DNA from: a virus | Taxonomy: Duplodnaviria > Caudoviricetes | Direction: 5' to 3' (one strand) | DNA: 46,198 nucleotides | Virus record (IMG/VR): IMGVR_UViG_3300046823_000135 | Coordinates: 1 to 46,198 of that record | Shown: one piece after another, positions 16,386 to 24,915 of the stretch | How positions within the stretch are numbered: position 1 is the stretch's first letter | How the letters are laid out: each line of letters begins with the position of its first letter | Notes under the pieces: generated by a model | Databases searched by the model: none | What the model was told of the DNA's origin: nothing | The model's input: the letters and a program-made list of their open reading frames with translations, nothing else | Program-made: the position numbers and the translations under genes

Positions 16386-16432
16386 CGCGCTGGGTTGAGT
16401 CGCGGTCAACCACGACCGCAGACCCAACCCAA

Positions 16433-17464
16433 ATGACCTCTTTCATCGGTGACACTTCGATCCTGTCCACGTTCGACATCGAGCGTGGCAACCGTGAGGA
16501 TCTCCTCGAGATCATCACGAACATCTCGCCCATGGACACGCTCATGCTGTCCGGGCTCGAGAAGGTTCCCGCCTCCAACACCACGCACGAGTGGCTGGTG
16601 GACATCCTCGCCGACTTCGGCGACCCGGACGTTGGCAATGCCGACGTGCAGGCCGTCGCGGAAGGTTCGGACGCGACCTTCGAACCGCTTGTCCCGCGCA
16701 AGCGCCTGTGCAATCTGACGCACATCATCCGCCGGACCTTCGATGTGTCCGACACCCAGCGTGACGTGAACACCGCGGGCATCCGCGACGAATACGTCTA
16801 CCAGCTGCGCAAGGCGTCGATGGAGCTCGCTCGCTTCATCGAGTTCGCTCTCGTGCACTCGATCCGTCAGTTCCAGACGGCCCAGGGCAACAGCGTCGGC
16901 GTGCTGCCGCGCAAGATGGACGGCTTCTACGCCTTCGCGTCCGCCAACGACCCGACCTGCGTGACCACTCTCGGCCTCTCCGAAGAGGAAATGGGCACCG
17001 TCACCCACGTCACCGGCAACTCGCCGACGAACTGCATCACCGAGTGCATCCTCAACGAGCAGCTCGAGGCGATGTGGAACAAGGGCGCGATGACCGACAC
17101 CATCTGGGTGAACGCCCCGCAGAAGCGGAGCCTGTCGAACCTGGTGCTGAACCCGAACAGCCAGGTCCGCTACAACATCAACGTGCAGGAGCGCACGGTG
17201 ATCAACACGGTCGACTTCTACCAGTCCGACTTCGGCACGCAGAAGATCTACCTGCACCGCTACCAGTCGAACGACGTGATCTCGATGGCCGAGGCCAACA
17301 AGATCCGCATCGCCGTGCTGCGCCCGGTGCTCGCCGTCGAGCTGGCGAAGGTCGGCTCTTCGACGAAGGGCATGATCGAGTGGGAAGGCACCCAGGAGTT
17401 CCTGGCTCCCAACGCCATCGGCTTCATCTTCGGCCTGTGCGAGGGCGTCGCCGGCTGCCCGTAG
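16433..17464 (+). CDS. Major capsid protein (DUF5309/SU10-like)
   Basis: REDLLEIITNISPMDT, HEWLVD, N.THI.RRTFDVSDTQ, YQSDFG, ELAKVG; very strong codon bias. Confidence 0.9.
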   Translation: MTSFIGDTSILSTFDIERGNREDLLEIITNISPMDTLMLSGLEKVPASNTTHEWLVDILADFGDPDVGNADVQAVAEGSDATFEPLVPRKRLCNLTHIIRRTFDVSDTQRDVNTAGIRDEYVYQLRKASMELARFIEFALVHSIRQFQTAQGNSVGVLPRKMDGFYAFASANDPTCVTTLGLSEEEMGTVTHVTGNSPTNCITECILNEQLEAMWNKGAMTDTIWVNAPQKRSLSNLVLNPNSQVRYNINVQERTVINTVDFYQSDFGTQKIYLHRYQSNDVISMAEANKIRIAVLRPVLAVELAKVGSSTKGMIEWEGTQEFLAPNAIGFIFGLCEGVAGCP

Positions 17465-17467
17465 TCC

Positions 17468-17593
17468 GTGCAGCGCCTCTGTCGAATCTGTGGTGGCCTT
17501 GTCGTCGCTCTTCGCGACGGCAAGGCCGTCACCATGACTTGCCAGGGCTGCGGCCGGAAGGAGATGAAGTATCTCACTTCGAAAGGTGGTTGA
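17468..17593 (+). CDS. 41-aa Zn-ribbon micro-protein (CRIC...CQGC)
   Basis: VQRLCRICGGLVVALRDGKAVTMTCQGCGRKEMKYLTSKGG; in frame with the MCP stop. Confidence 0.55.
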   Translation: MQRLCRICGGLVVALRDGKAVTMTCQGCGRKEMKYLTSKGG

Positions 17594-17640
17594 CGGAAGT
17601 GCACTGACCCTCGCCGTGTGCGAGTGATCGCGAGACCCTG

Positions 17641-18063
17641 ATGCTCTACACCTACACTTGCAAGTCGTGCGGTTGGTCGGACACGCTCATCCGTCCAGCG
17701 TCCCAATGCGACACGCCGCAACCATGCCCGAATGGTCACCTTGCCGATCGTGACTTCCTCGCAGACTGGAAGACGATCCAGACGCCATCGAGCTCACGCA
17801 ACGCGAACAAGGTGAAGGACAGCAAGCGCGTCTGTGGAGCCAGCACGAAGGCGGCGGCTCGACGCAAGGAAGCTGCCTACGGTGAGCACATCCACGAGCG
17901 CAGGAAGCAGCTCGCCAACGACGGTAACAAGCGATCGTCGTTCAAGCACACGCACTCGATCCCGGCCGAGCTCTTCCACGGCAAGAAGAAGGAGACCGGC
18001 GATGACCAATACTGGAACGACCCGAAGAACGTCGCGAAGCACAGCGACTTCAAGGTGAGCTGA
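17641..18063 (+). CDS. FmdB-like Zn-ribbon protein
   Basis: MLYTYTCKSCG...CPNGH. Confidence 0.75.
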   Translation: MLYTYTCKSCGWSDTLIRPASQCDTPQPCPNGHLADRDFLADWKTIQTPSSSRNANKVKDSKRVCGASTKAAARRKEAAYGEHIHERRKQLANDGNKRSSFKHTHSIPAELFHGKKKETGDDQYWNDPKNVAKHSDFKVS

Positions 18064-19748
18064 TGAGCTCTACATTCCAGGACGACTTCGATCGCGTCGA
18101 TGGACCGATCGGCAGCGACTACCTGATCCCATGCGGCATGGTCTCGATCTCGAGCGAGGCCGTGATCCCGGTCGGCCTGTCCGGCAACTCGCCAGAGACC
18201 TTCGATCCCACGTCGGTGAAGACGCAGGTGCTGGTGGTCTCCGAGGACATGGACTCGCCAGATCAGGTGCTGCGCGCGGTCTGGGCCCGCGACCTGAATC
18301 CTCCGACAGGAGGAGCGCCGTTGTCGGTCGACACCGATCCAGCCTTCTCGATCCTGGCCAGGATGAGCAAGGATCCGCTGATCGTCGACCTGGGTGCGGA
18401 CGAGGATCCCTACTGCTACGACCAGGGCTATGGGCTGCGGGTGACGTGCCCGATCGACAACAGCGCGCCGATCCTCAAGATCATCAAGTTCCAGCCGCTG
18501 CGTCGAGCTCCAGGCCTCAACCGGCCGGCGTCGAGCGAGCCTGATGGCGCCACGGTGCTGGCGAGCTACACGCTGCAGGCGCCAGATCTCAACGTCGATC
18601 CTGTGTGGTTGGCTGCGCAGTCGCTCACGGAGCCGGCCACCGGCGACATCCCATACCAGGGCTTCTGGCAGGACATGCGCCTGCGGATCCGCCGCGGCGA
18701 GGCCGAGGTCATCCTCGAGGCGTTCATCAATGACCGCCACCTGAACCAGCCGGCACTCACCTACACCGACAAGCGCGACCCACTGTGGTCTGTGGTCGGT
18801 CGGCCAGGCTTCGAGTTCCTGTCGGCCACGGACGACTCGCAACCTGTCGGCGCTAGTCCCTACGCGCTGATCGGCGAGCCGCTGATGCGCTGCACGCTGT
18901 TCGCGACGCAGACGGTCAAGGAGTTCACCAAGCCTGTCGTCCTCTCCCCCGACAACTTCTTCACCTACGACGAGGTGGTGAACCGCGTCGTGACTCTGGT
19001 CGAGAAGAACGGAGACGCCAAATACAACAAGACCACGGCTGGCCAGACCAAGCTCGCCGTCTACCTGCAGTTCGTTCTCGACGCCGAGGCGCACATCATC
19101 AGGAAGACCGGCTTCTGGCAGTGGCTCTGGCGTGAGCAGTCGATCTACTTCATCAACGGGGTCGCCAACTACGAGCTGCCTGACGACTGCGGCATGGTCA
19201 ACCTGATCAGGCCGGGCAACTACAGCGGTCCGCCACTGAAGCAGATCCCGATGTGGGAGTTCAGGAAGCGGTATGGCTCGGTGAGTGGTGCCGGCGGGCC
19301 GCCGCGCATCTACATGCTCAAGGGCGAGTCGGTGAACAACCGCCAGGAGATCCTGGTCTACCCGACTCCGGTAGTGCTGACTTCGACTGGTGTCGTTCCG
19401 GCAGTGCAGATCGAGACCTCGCTGGTCGCCGACGCCTACATGCAGGTCGAGTATTACGCCAAGCGTCTCCGCCCCACGAAGACCGACAGGCAGATCCCCT
19501 ACATCCCGCAGGAGCACATCGACGTGCTGATCTGGGGCGCCGCCGCGCACGCCATGGTGCTCGACACCGATGCCGACAACACCGCGGCGACGCAGCAGGT
19601 GTTCGAAGGCAAGCTGCGCGACCTCATTCGCGAGCAGTTTAGAGGCAGCAGCAACGCGCCGGAGGTGGTCCGCTCCGCGGCCGACCTCGGCCCTGTCGGC
19701 ATCAGCGTTCCCCTCTTGAGGTATCAGCAGTTCGAGGGGCTGCTCTAG
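18063..19748 (+). CDS. Head-tail adaptor (tail tubular A-like) with ~295-aa N-terminal extra domain
   Basis: C-terminal half: WQWL, YELPDD, GPPRIY, ILVYPTP, IPQEHIDVLIWGA; position after MCP. Confidence 0.72.
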   Translation: MSSTFQDDFDRVDGPIGSDYLIPCGMVSISSEAVIPVGLSGNSPETFDPTSVKTQVLVVSEDMDSPDQVLRAVWARDLNPPTGGAPLSVDTDPAFSILARMSKDPLIVDLGADEDPYCYDQGYGLRVTCPIDNSAPILKIIKFQPLRRAPGLNRPASSEPDGATVLASYTLQAPDLNVDPVWLAAQSLTEPATGDIPYQGFWQDMRLRIRRGEAEVILEAFINDRHLNQPALTYTDKRDPLWSVVGRPGFEFLSATDDSQPVGASPYALIGEPLMRCTLFATQTVKEFTKPVVLSPDNFFTYDEVVNRVVTLVEKNGDAKYNKTTAGQTKLAVYLQFVLDAEAHIIRKTGFWQWLWREQSIYFINGVANYELPDDCGMVNLIRPGNYSGPPLKQIPMWEFRKRYGSVSGAGGPPRIYMLKGESVNNRQEILVYPTPVVLTSTGVVPAVQIETSLVADAYMQVEYYAKRLRPTKTDRQIPYIPQEHIDVLIWGAAAHAMVLDTDADNTAATQQVFEGKLRDLIREQFRGSSNAPEVVRSAADLGPVGISVPLLRYQQFEGLL

Positions 19749-19752
19749 ATCA

Positions 19753-19790
19753 TTGAAAGTGTAGCATGTCCTTGCTAGCTTGCAAGGATG
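19753..19790 (+). promoter_or_regulatory. HNH promoter embedded in a start-codon-occluding hairpin
   Basis: TTGAAA-17 nt-TAGCTT-6 nt-ATG; TCCTTGC/GCAAGGA inverted repeat flanks the -10. Confidence 0.55.
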
Positions 19791-20264
19791 AAGACCAAAC
19801 CAATCCCAGGATTCCCCGCCTACGAGATCGCCGACGATGGCCGTGTGTTCAGCTACTTCGGTCGAGAGAAACGAGAGTTGGCTCCGTTCAAAACCGGCGT
19901 CAACATCCCGTCCGTCGCCCTGTGGCGTGATGGCGGTAGGTTCCGCAGGAAGGTTCACCTCCTTGTGCTACTCGCCTTCGTCGGTCCACCAGGCAAGAAC
20001 CAAGTGGCAATGCACCTGGATGCTGATCCAACCAACAACAAGCTCTCCAACCTCAAGTGGGGCACTCGGAAAGAAAATCAGCAGCAGATGTTCCTCGACG
20101 AGCACGCTCACTGGCAGAAGATCACAGCTGAGCAGGTTCGAGAGATCCGTGCAGCGAGAGCTGCTGGCGAGAGCTACAAGTCGCTCATGCGACGCTTCGG
20201 ACTCAAGAGCATGACCAGCATCTGGAACATCGTGACGGGCGTCACCTGGAGTTGGCTCAAATGA
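19788..20264 (+). CDS. NUMOD4-HNH homing endonuclease
   Basis: IPGFPAYEIADDGRV; VHLLVLLAFVG...HLDADPTNNKLSNLKWGTRKEN; C-terminal HTH. Confidence 0.9.
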   Translation: MKTKPIPGFPAYEIADDGRVFSYFGREKRELAPFKTGVNIPSVALWRDGGRFRRKVHLLVLLAFVGPPGKNQVAMHLDADPTNNKLSNLKWGTRKENQQQMFLDEHAHWQKITAEQVREIRAARAAGESYKSLMRRFGLKSMTSIWNIVTGVTWSWLK

Positions 20265-21181
20265 CGCGCTGGCAAAGCTTCCCGCTGCGGCAGCCGGCTC
20301 AGCCTTGGCCTGGCACCAACGAGAAGGGTGGCAAGCTCGACGACGGCCGCGGCAACCTCAACAAGAACTCGAGCAACTGCACGATCAACCGAGCGGACGA
20401 GCTCAGCAAGAGGAAGGGCTTCGTCCGAGGTCTGAACGAACGCTTCGGCACCGTGGTCTGCGGCCTCTTCCCCTACACGGACGGGTGCGGCAGGGAGTGG
20501 TTGCTGGTCGCCAGCGACGACGGCATCGCCATCAGGCAGCCGTTTGTCATCCCCACCTTCACCGTGGACGACAGCTACCCCTCCGACAGCTTCGACGACG
20601 TGGCCGGCATCAGCACGCTCGACTGGCGGAACACCGAGCTCTACGAGGCGGTGGCCGGTTCGCTGCTGCGGTCGGTCGGCATCTCGACGGCGCCGTTCGA
20701 CGCGGCGAGCTACCTTCGCTGGTTCAAGGCCGCGGCGTCGCAGTCCTATCAGGTGCAGATCGAGTATGCGTTCACCGCGGCGCTCACCGCGACGCAGGTC
20801 GTCAGCATCGCGATCAAGGGCAACAACGACCTGTTGACCGGGGCCTACCTGCAGGCCGACCTGCAGTTCGCGGCCGGAGGCGCCTACGTCGCCAAGCTCT
20901 ACAAGATCAACGCCTCGAGGACGCGATCGCTGCTCGGACAGATCGTCGTCTCTGGGTCGGTGGTCAATCCGAGCGGCTTCCTGACTCTCACCTACACGAA
21001 GACCTTCGGGTCCACGGCGACCTTCATTCCGAAGATCAGCGTGGTTCCGACCGGAGGCTCTCTGCAGGAGTTCTCACCGTCGTCGTTGAGCTCGATCGAA
21101 GATGCTGACCTTGGTCAGATCTCGGCCATCGGCTGCAACGCGAACGCTTCGATCCTCGTGGTCAGCGGAGGTGCGGTGTGA
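20261..21181 (+). CDS. Tail protein; N-terminus resembles the start of tail nozzle (tubular B/P22 gp10-like) proteins
   Basis: WPGTN...NCTIN...LSKRKGF...VCGLF pattern; beta-rich remainder. Confidence 0.6.
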   Translation: MTRWQSFPLRQPAQPWPGTNEKGGKLDDGRGNLNKNSSNCTINRADELSKRKGFVRGLNERFGTVVCGLFPYTDGCGREWLLVASDDGIAIRQPFVIPTFTVDDSYPSDSFDDVAGISTLDWRNTELYEAVAGSLLRSVGISTAPFDAASYLRWFKAAASQSYQVQIEYAFTAALTATQVVSIAIKGNNDLLTGAYLQADLQFAAGGAYVAKLYKINASRTRSLLGQIVVSGSVVNPSGFLTLTYTKTFGSTATFIPKISVVPTGGSLQEFSPSSLSSIEDADLGQISAIGCNANASILVVSGGAV

Positions 21182-24100
21182 CGGTCCTCGGCCTTCGTTT
21201 CCCGAAGATGTTCGAGCATGCGTTCATGTCGGCGAGCAACACGCCGGCAACGAACGCAGCCACGCTCACCTCGCTGACTGGCACACCCTACGCCTTCGGC
21301 ATCGTGTCGTCGGTCATCCCGATCGCAACAGCTCGCTACAGCGAGGTGCGCAAGGTCGTCTTCTACTGCTCGGTGCGCAACGTTGCGATCACGGCCAAGT
21401 GCCGTCTGCGCGTTGCGGCGATGTCGAGCAGTAGCTCGGCGATCGTTCCGCAGCCGTTCACTCTGGCGCCGAGCCAGCTGGTGAGGACTGTGGGCAGCGG
21501 CGCGGTGTTTACCAACACGCCTCCCGACGTGGATCACGTCTTCGCGAAGGCTGGCAGCACGACTGTCGCAAACGTGCCGGCGAACGACAACATGATCGAC
21601 GGCCCAGCGGTGACGCTGACCGTCGAGTTCGATCGCTTCCTGGCAGACTCCGCAGACTTCTTCGCCTATTGGGACAGCCAGGTGGCGGCGAACGCCTACC
21701 TCGGCTTCCGCATGGTGGTGGAGAGGACTGACACGAATTGGGGCGCGTCGACGCAGGACATCGCCACCTTCGCTGACGTTGGCGTCTCGATCGTTCAAGC
21801 CCCAGGCGTGAACAACAAGTCGGTGACCTTGGTGCCGGCGACCGTCGGCTACATCAACGACAGCGTGATGGCGACCGCCTACCCATCGCTCTATCGCGGT
21901 CGCCTGTTCCGCTACATCGCCGCCAACTGGGACAACATCACTTCGGTGAACATGCTGTCCTACTGCTTCTGGGCGAACAACGCGACGCGCACGTTCAGGG
22001 TCGGCCTCCACAACCTGACGAGCTACGCGCCGAACGCCTTCAACCTGCTCTACGAGGAGGAGTTCTCGGACAACGCTGCAGGCAGGGCGGCTGGCGACGT
22101 GATGTTCTGCCGGTCTGCGGACGTGAAGAGCTTCCTGGTCGATGGCGCAGACCACTGCGTGCTCTACGACAACCAGAACGCTGGCGCGATCAGCGAGCCG
22201 GCGACCTGGTTCGAGATCATCCAGAGCGGCTACTCGAAGACGGAGTGCCACCACGACGGCGGCAACCAGTATCGGGTCGACTCCACGCCGACGCTCTACG
22301 GCTCGCCGGCCTGCCCGCCGTTCGATCCGACCTGGTATCAGTCGTTCCCAGACGATCGCATCCTCGATCGGCGCCTGTTCCTGGCGCACGACCACATCAG
22401 CACGGTGACGCAGACGACGACTCGTCTGCACATGGACGCCAACCTCGAGAGCAACATCATCGGGCTCTCTGGCACCTCAACCACGCTGGTCGGCATCAGC
22501 CCGCAGCTGACCTCCACTCCGTCAGCCACCGCCGGCACCAAGACTCTCTACACCTCGGCCTTCTCGCCTGATCCGATCAACCTGGCCGGAGTGAGGAAGC
22601 TCATCTGGGGCATCGTGGTCGGCACCGGCGTCGGCACCGACGACCTGATCGGCACCGCTGAGCTGATCTACGTGCTGAACGTGCCGGCGAGCGAAGAGCC
22701 TGAGATCGGCAGCATCTTCGAAACCGCGGCTTTCGACCCTGAGGGATGCGCGAGCACGGCCGCTGGCCTTGGCGACCCCGGCGTGTTGGTGATCACCAAC
22801 GGCGACACGGTGCCGCAGAAGTTCGACCCGGTGCACGAGGCGATCGAGGACGCCGGAATGCAGGCTCCGTTCTGTGACGAAACGCTGCCGACATCGGTGG
22901 TGCACGACACAGCGAGCTCGCCAGATGGCGGCCTCGGCATCGGGACTTACGTCTACCGCTACACCTTCCGCAACTGCTGCACGGGCAAGGAGAGCAACCC
23001 GAATGACGCAGATATCGTCGTCGACACGAGCGGCGCTTCGCCAGCTGCTGAGGTCACACTCAACTTCACCAACGTGCGAATCCCAGGAGACCCCCAGATC
23101 TGCGAGATCTGCCTCTACCGCACCGTGCTCGATGGCGCCTACCCAGTGCTCGCCAAGGTGGGTTGCTTCGACCCAGACACCACCAGCACCTTTACCGACG
23201 TGCTCGCCGATGCCGATCTTGATTTCACCAACAATGGGCTGAGCCTGCTGAACGCACCGATGCCGTGCGTGCCGATCGTGGTCGACTTCGCGAACCGGCT
23301 CTTCGGCATGGGCAACATCCCAGACCTGTCGCCTGCAGGCACGGTCAGCGCGGTCACTGGCAGCGACATCATCGTTGGCGACTTCGATGTGCAGTGGACG
23401 CGCTGCCTCGAGGGCCAATACATCCAGCTTGAGGGTGACTGCCGCGCCTACGAGATCGCGTGCGTGATGCCGCCTCCGGTCGGGCTCTCACCTCCGTTTG
23501 GACAGCTGAAGCTGACGGAGAACTACGAGGGCACGGATGTCACCGGCAAGCTCTACACGATCTGCGGTCGACCAAACCGCATGATGTGGAGCGAGCCGTT
23601 CGAGGCGGAATACTGGCCGGAGGCCAACTTCCTCGACATCGAACCTGGCGACGGCGATCGCCTCATGGGTGCGGTCTCCAACTTCGACAGCCTGGTGATC
23701 TGCAAGCGCCGGAAGACCTACGTGCTGCGCTACAGCACCACACCTTCGGAGGTCTTCGTGCCAGCGAGGATCAGCAGCGACATCGGCTGCATCGCCCCAC
23801 GCAGCTTCGCGCAGGTGGAGTCAGGGAGCGTGTGGCTCAGCGATCGCGGCCTCGCCATGTTCGATGGCAGGTCGGTTCACATGATCGAAGAGTCGGTCGC
23901 CTTTTCGGAGATGTTCACCGACCCGGACGACGCCGACTACGTGCGGCGTGACAGCAACGGCCGCGTGATCGGTGCGTGCGCGGTCTACTACCCGAAGCGA
24001 CAGCAGTATCTGATCCTCCTGCCGACCGTGCAGACGGATCGTGGCGCCAACCTGGTGATGGTGTGGGACACGCAACTGCGGAACATCACGCTGCATCGCT

Positions 24101-24915
24101 ACTGCCAGGAGTTCCTGGCGATCGCGATCGGCAAGGACTCGGACGGCAACCAGCGCGTCTACGCGGGGGACTCCAATGGCTTCGTCTGGCTACTCGACAT
24201 CGGCGACAGCGATGGAGTCGGCTTCCCTGGCCAGACAGGAACCGTCACTGGCACGGTCACCGCGACTGGAACTGGTGCAGGACTTGGAGCCAGTTTCATC
24301 GAGGATGAGAACGCGAGCTTCATTGAAGGTGGACTTCCGGCGCTGGCTGGGCTCTCTGGAATCACTGGCCTCTCTGGAGCCTTCGATGGGACCGATCTGG
24401 GTCTTGCCGGAGTCTGCGTCTTCTACCGTGCAGCTGACGCTGCACCAGACGATCCATGGTCGGTGCGAACCGTGTTCGCGGCCTCTGAGCACCGCCTGTT
24501 CGTGACGCCCAGCTTCACCAACGACGCTCCACCTGTCGGCTACGACTACATGATCGGGCCGATCGACTTCCGCGCCGAGTTCAAGCCGACCAACTACGGC
24601 GACGATGACGTGCTGAAGAGGAACTGGCGCCAGGCCCTGGTCTACGAACCGGAGGCGGTGAGCTCGATCGTGCGGGTGCAGATGATCCCGGACTTCCAGA
24701 GCAGTGACGACCTCGAGGGTTCGATCGCGGACGACGAGGGCAACACCGGCCAAGGTCTCACCTTCGACTTGTCCTTCAGCAAGGGCCGTCAGACTGCGCC
24801 GATGGCTCGCCAGATCTACGACTTCGAGCAGGTCGTGATCACCAACTTCGCACCTGAGCAGCCGGTGCGCATCCTGAACCATGTGCTCATGGTCGAGCCG
24901 CACATCTCGAAGTGA
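21178..24915 (+). CDS. Large tail protein with nozzle-like beta-propeller C-terminal part
   Basis: NRMMWSEP..EYWP, GDRLMG, LVICKRRKTYVL, IGCIAPRSF, VWLSDRGLAMFDG. Confidence 0.75.
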   Translation: MTVLGLRFPKMFEHAFMSASNTPATNAATLTSLTGTPYAFGIVSSVIPIATARYSEVRKVVFYCSVRNVAITAKCRLRVAAMSSSSSAIVPQPFTLAPSQLVRTVGSGAVFTNTPPDVDHVFAKAGSTTVANVPANDNMIDGPAVTLTVEFDRFLADSADFFAYWDSQVAANAYLGFRMVVERTDTNWGASTQDIATFADVGVSIVQAPGVNNKSVTLVPATVGYINDSVMATAYPSLYRGRLFRYIAANWDNITSVNMLSYCFWANNATRTFRVGLHNLTSYAPNAFNLLYEEEFSDNAAGRAAGDVMFCRSADVKSFLVDGADHCVLYDNQNAGAISEPATWFEIIQSGYSKTECHHDGGNQYRVDSTPTLYGSPACPPFDPTWYQSFPDDRILDRRLFLAHDHISTVTQTTTRLHMDANLESNIIGLSGTSTTLVGISPQLTSTPSATAGTKTLYTSAFSPDPINLAGVRKLIWGIVVGTGVGTDDLIGTAELIYVLNVPASEEPEIGSIFETAAFDPEGCASTAAGLGDPGVLVITNGDTVPQKFDPVHEAIEDAGMQAPFCDETLPTSVVHDTASSPDGGLGIGTYVYRYTFRNCCTGKESNPNDADIVVDTSGASPAAEVTLNFTNVRIPGDPQICEICLYRTVLDGAYPVLAKVGCFDPDTTSTFTDVLADADLDFTNNGLSLLNAPMPCVPIVVDFANRLFGMGNIPDLSPAGTVSAVTGSDIIVGDFDVQWTRCLEGQYIQLEGDCRAYEIACVMPPPVGLSPPFGQLKLTENYEGTDVTGKLYTICGRPNRMMWSEPFEAEYWPEANFLDIEPGDGDRLMGAVSNFDSLVICKRRKTYVLRYSTTPSEVFVPARISSDIGCIAPRSFAQVESGSVWLSDRGLAMFDGRSVHMIEESVAFSEMFTDPDDADYVRRDSNGRVIGACAVYYPKRQQYLILLPTVQTDRGANLVMVWDTQLRNITLHRYCQEFLAIAIGKDSDGNQRVYAGDSNGFVWLLDIGDSDGVGFPGQTGTVTGTVTATGTGAGLGASFIEDENASFIEGGLPALAGLSGITGLSGAFDGTDLGLAGVCVFYRAADAAPDDPWSVRTVFAASEHRLFVTPSFTNDAPPVGYDYMIGPIDFRAEFKPTNYGDDDVLKRNWRQALVYEPEAVSSIVRVQMIPDFQSSDDLEGSIADDEGNTGQGLTFDLSFSKGRQTAPMARQIYDFEQVVITNFAPEQPVRILNHVLMVEPHISK

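Noticed and set aside
5405-17470. Genome-wide TAG reassignment, suggested by in-frame genes after TAG at 5407, 6161 and 17464
   Set aside because: Long conserved genes contain no internal TAG, and the TAG stops of terL and scaffold are followed by out-of-frame genes; in-frame neighbours occur one time in three by chance
17877-19958. 693-aa antisense ORF and similar long shadow ORFs (5715-6914, 21115-22431, 36991-38391)
   Set aside because: They overlap well-supported genes, are expected from high GC3 bias and show no motifs
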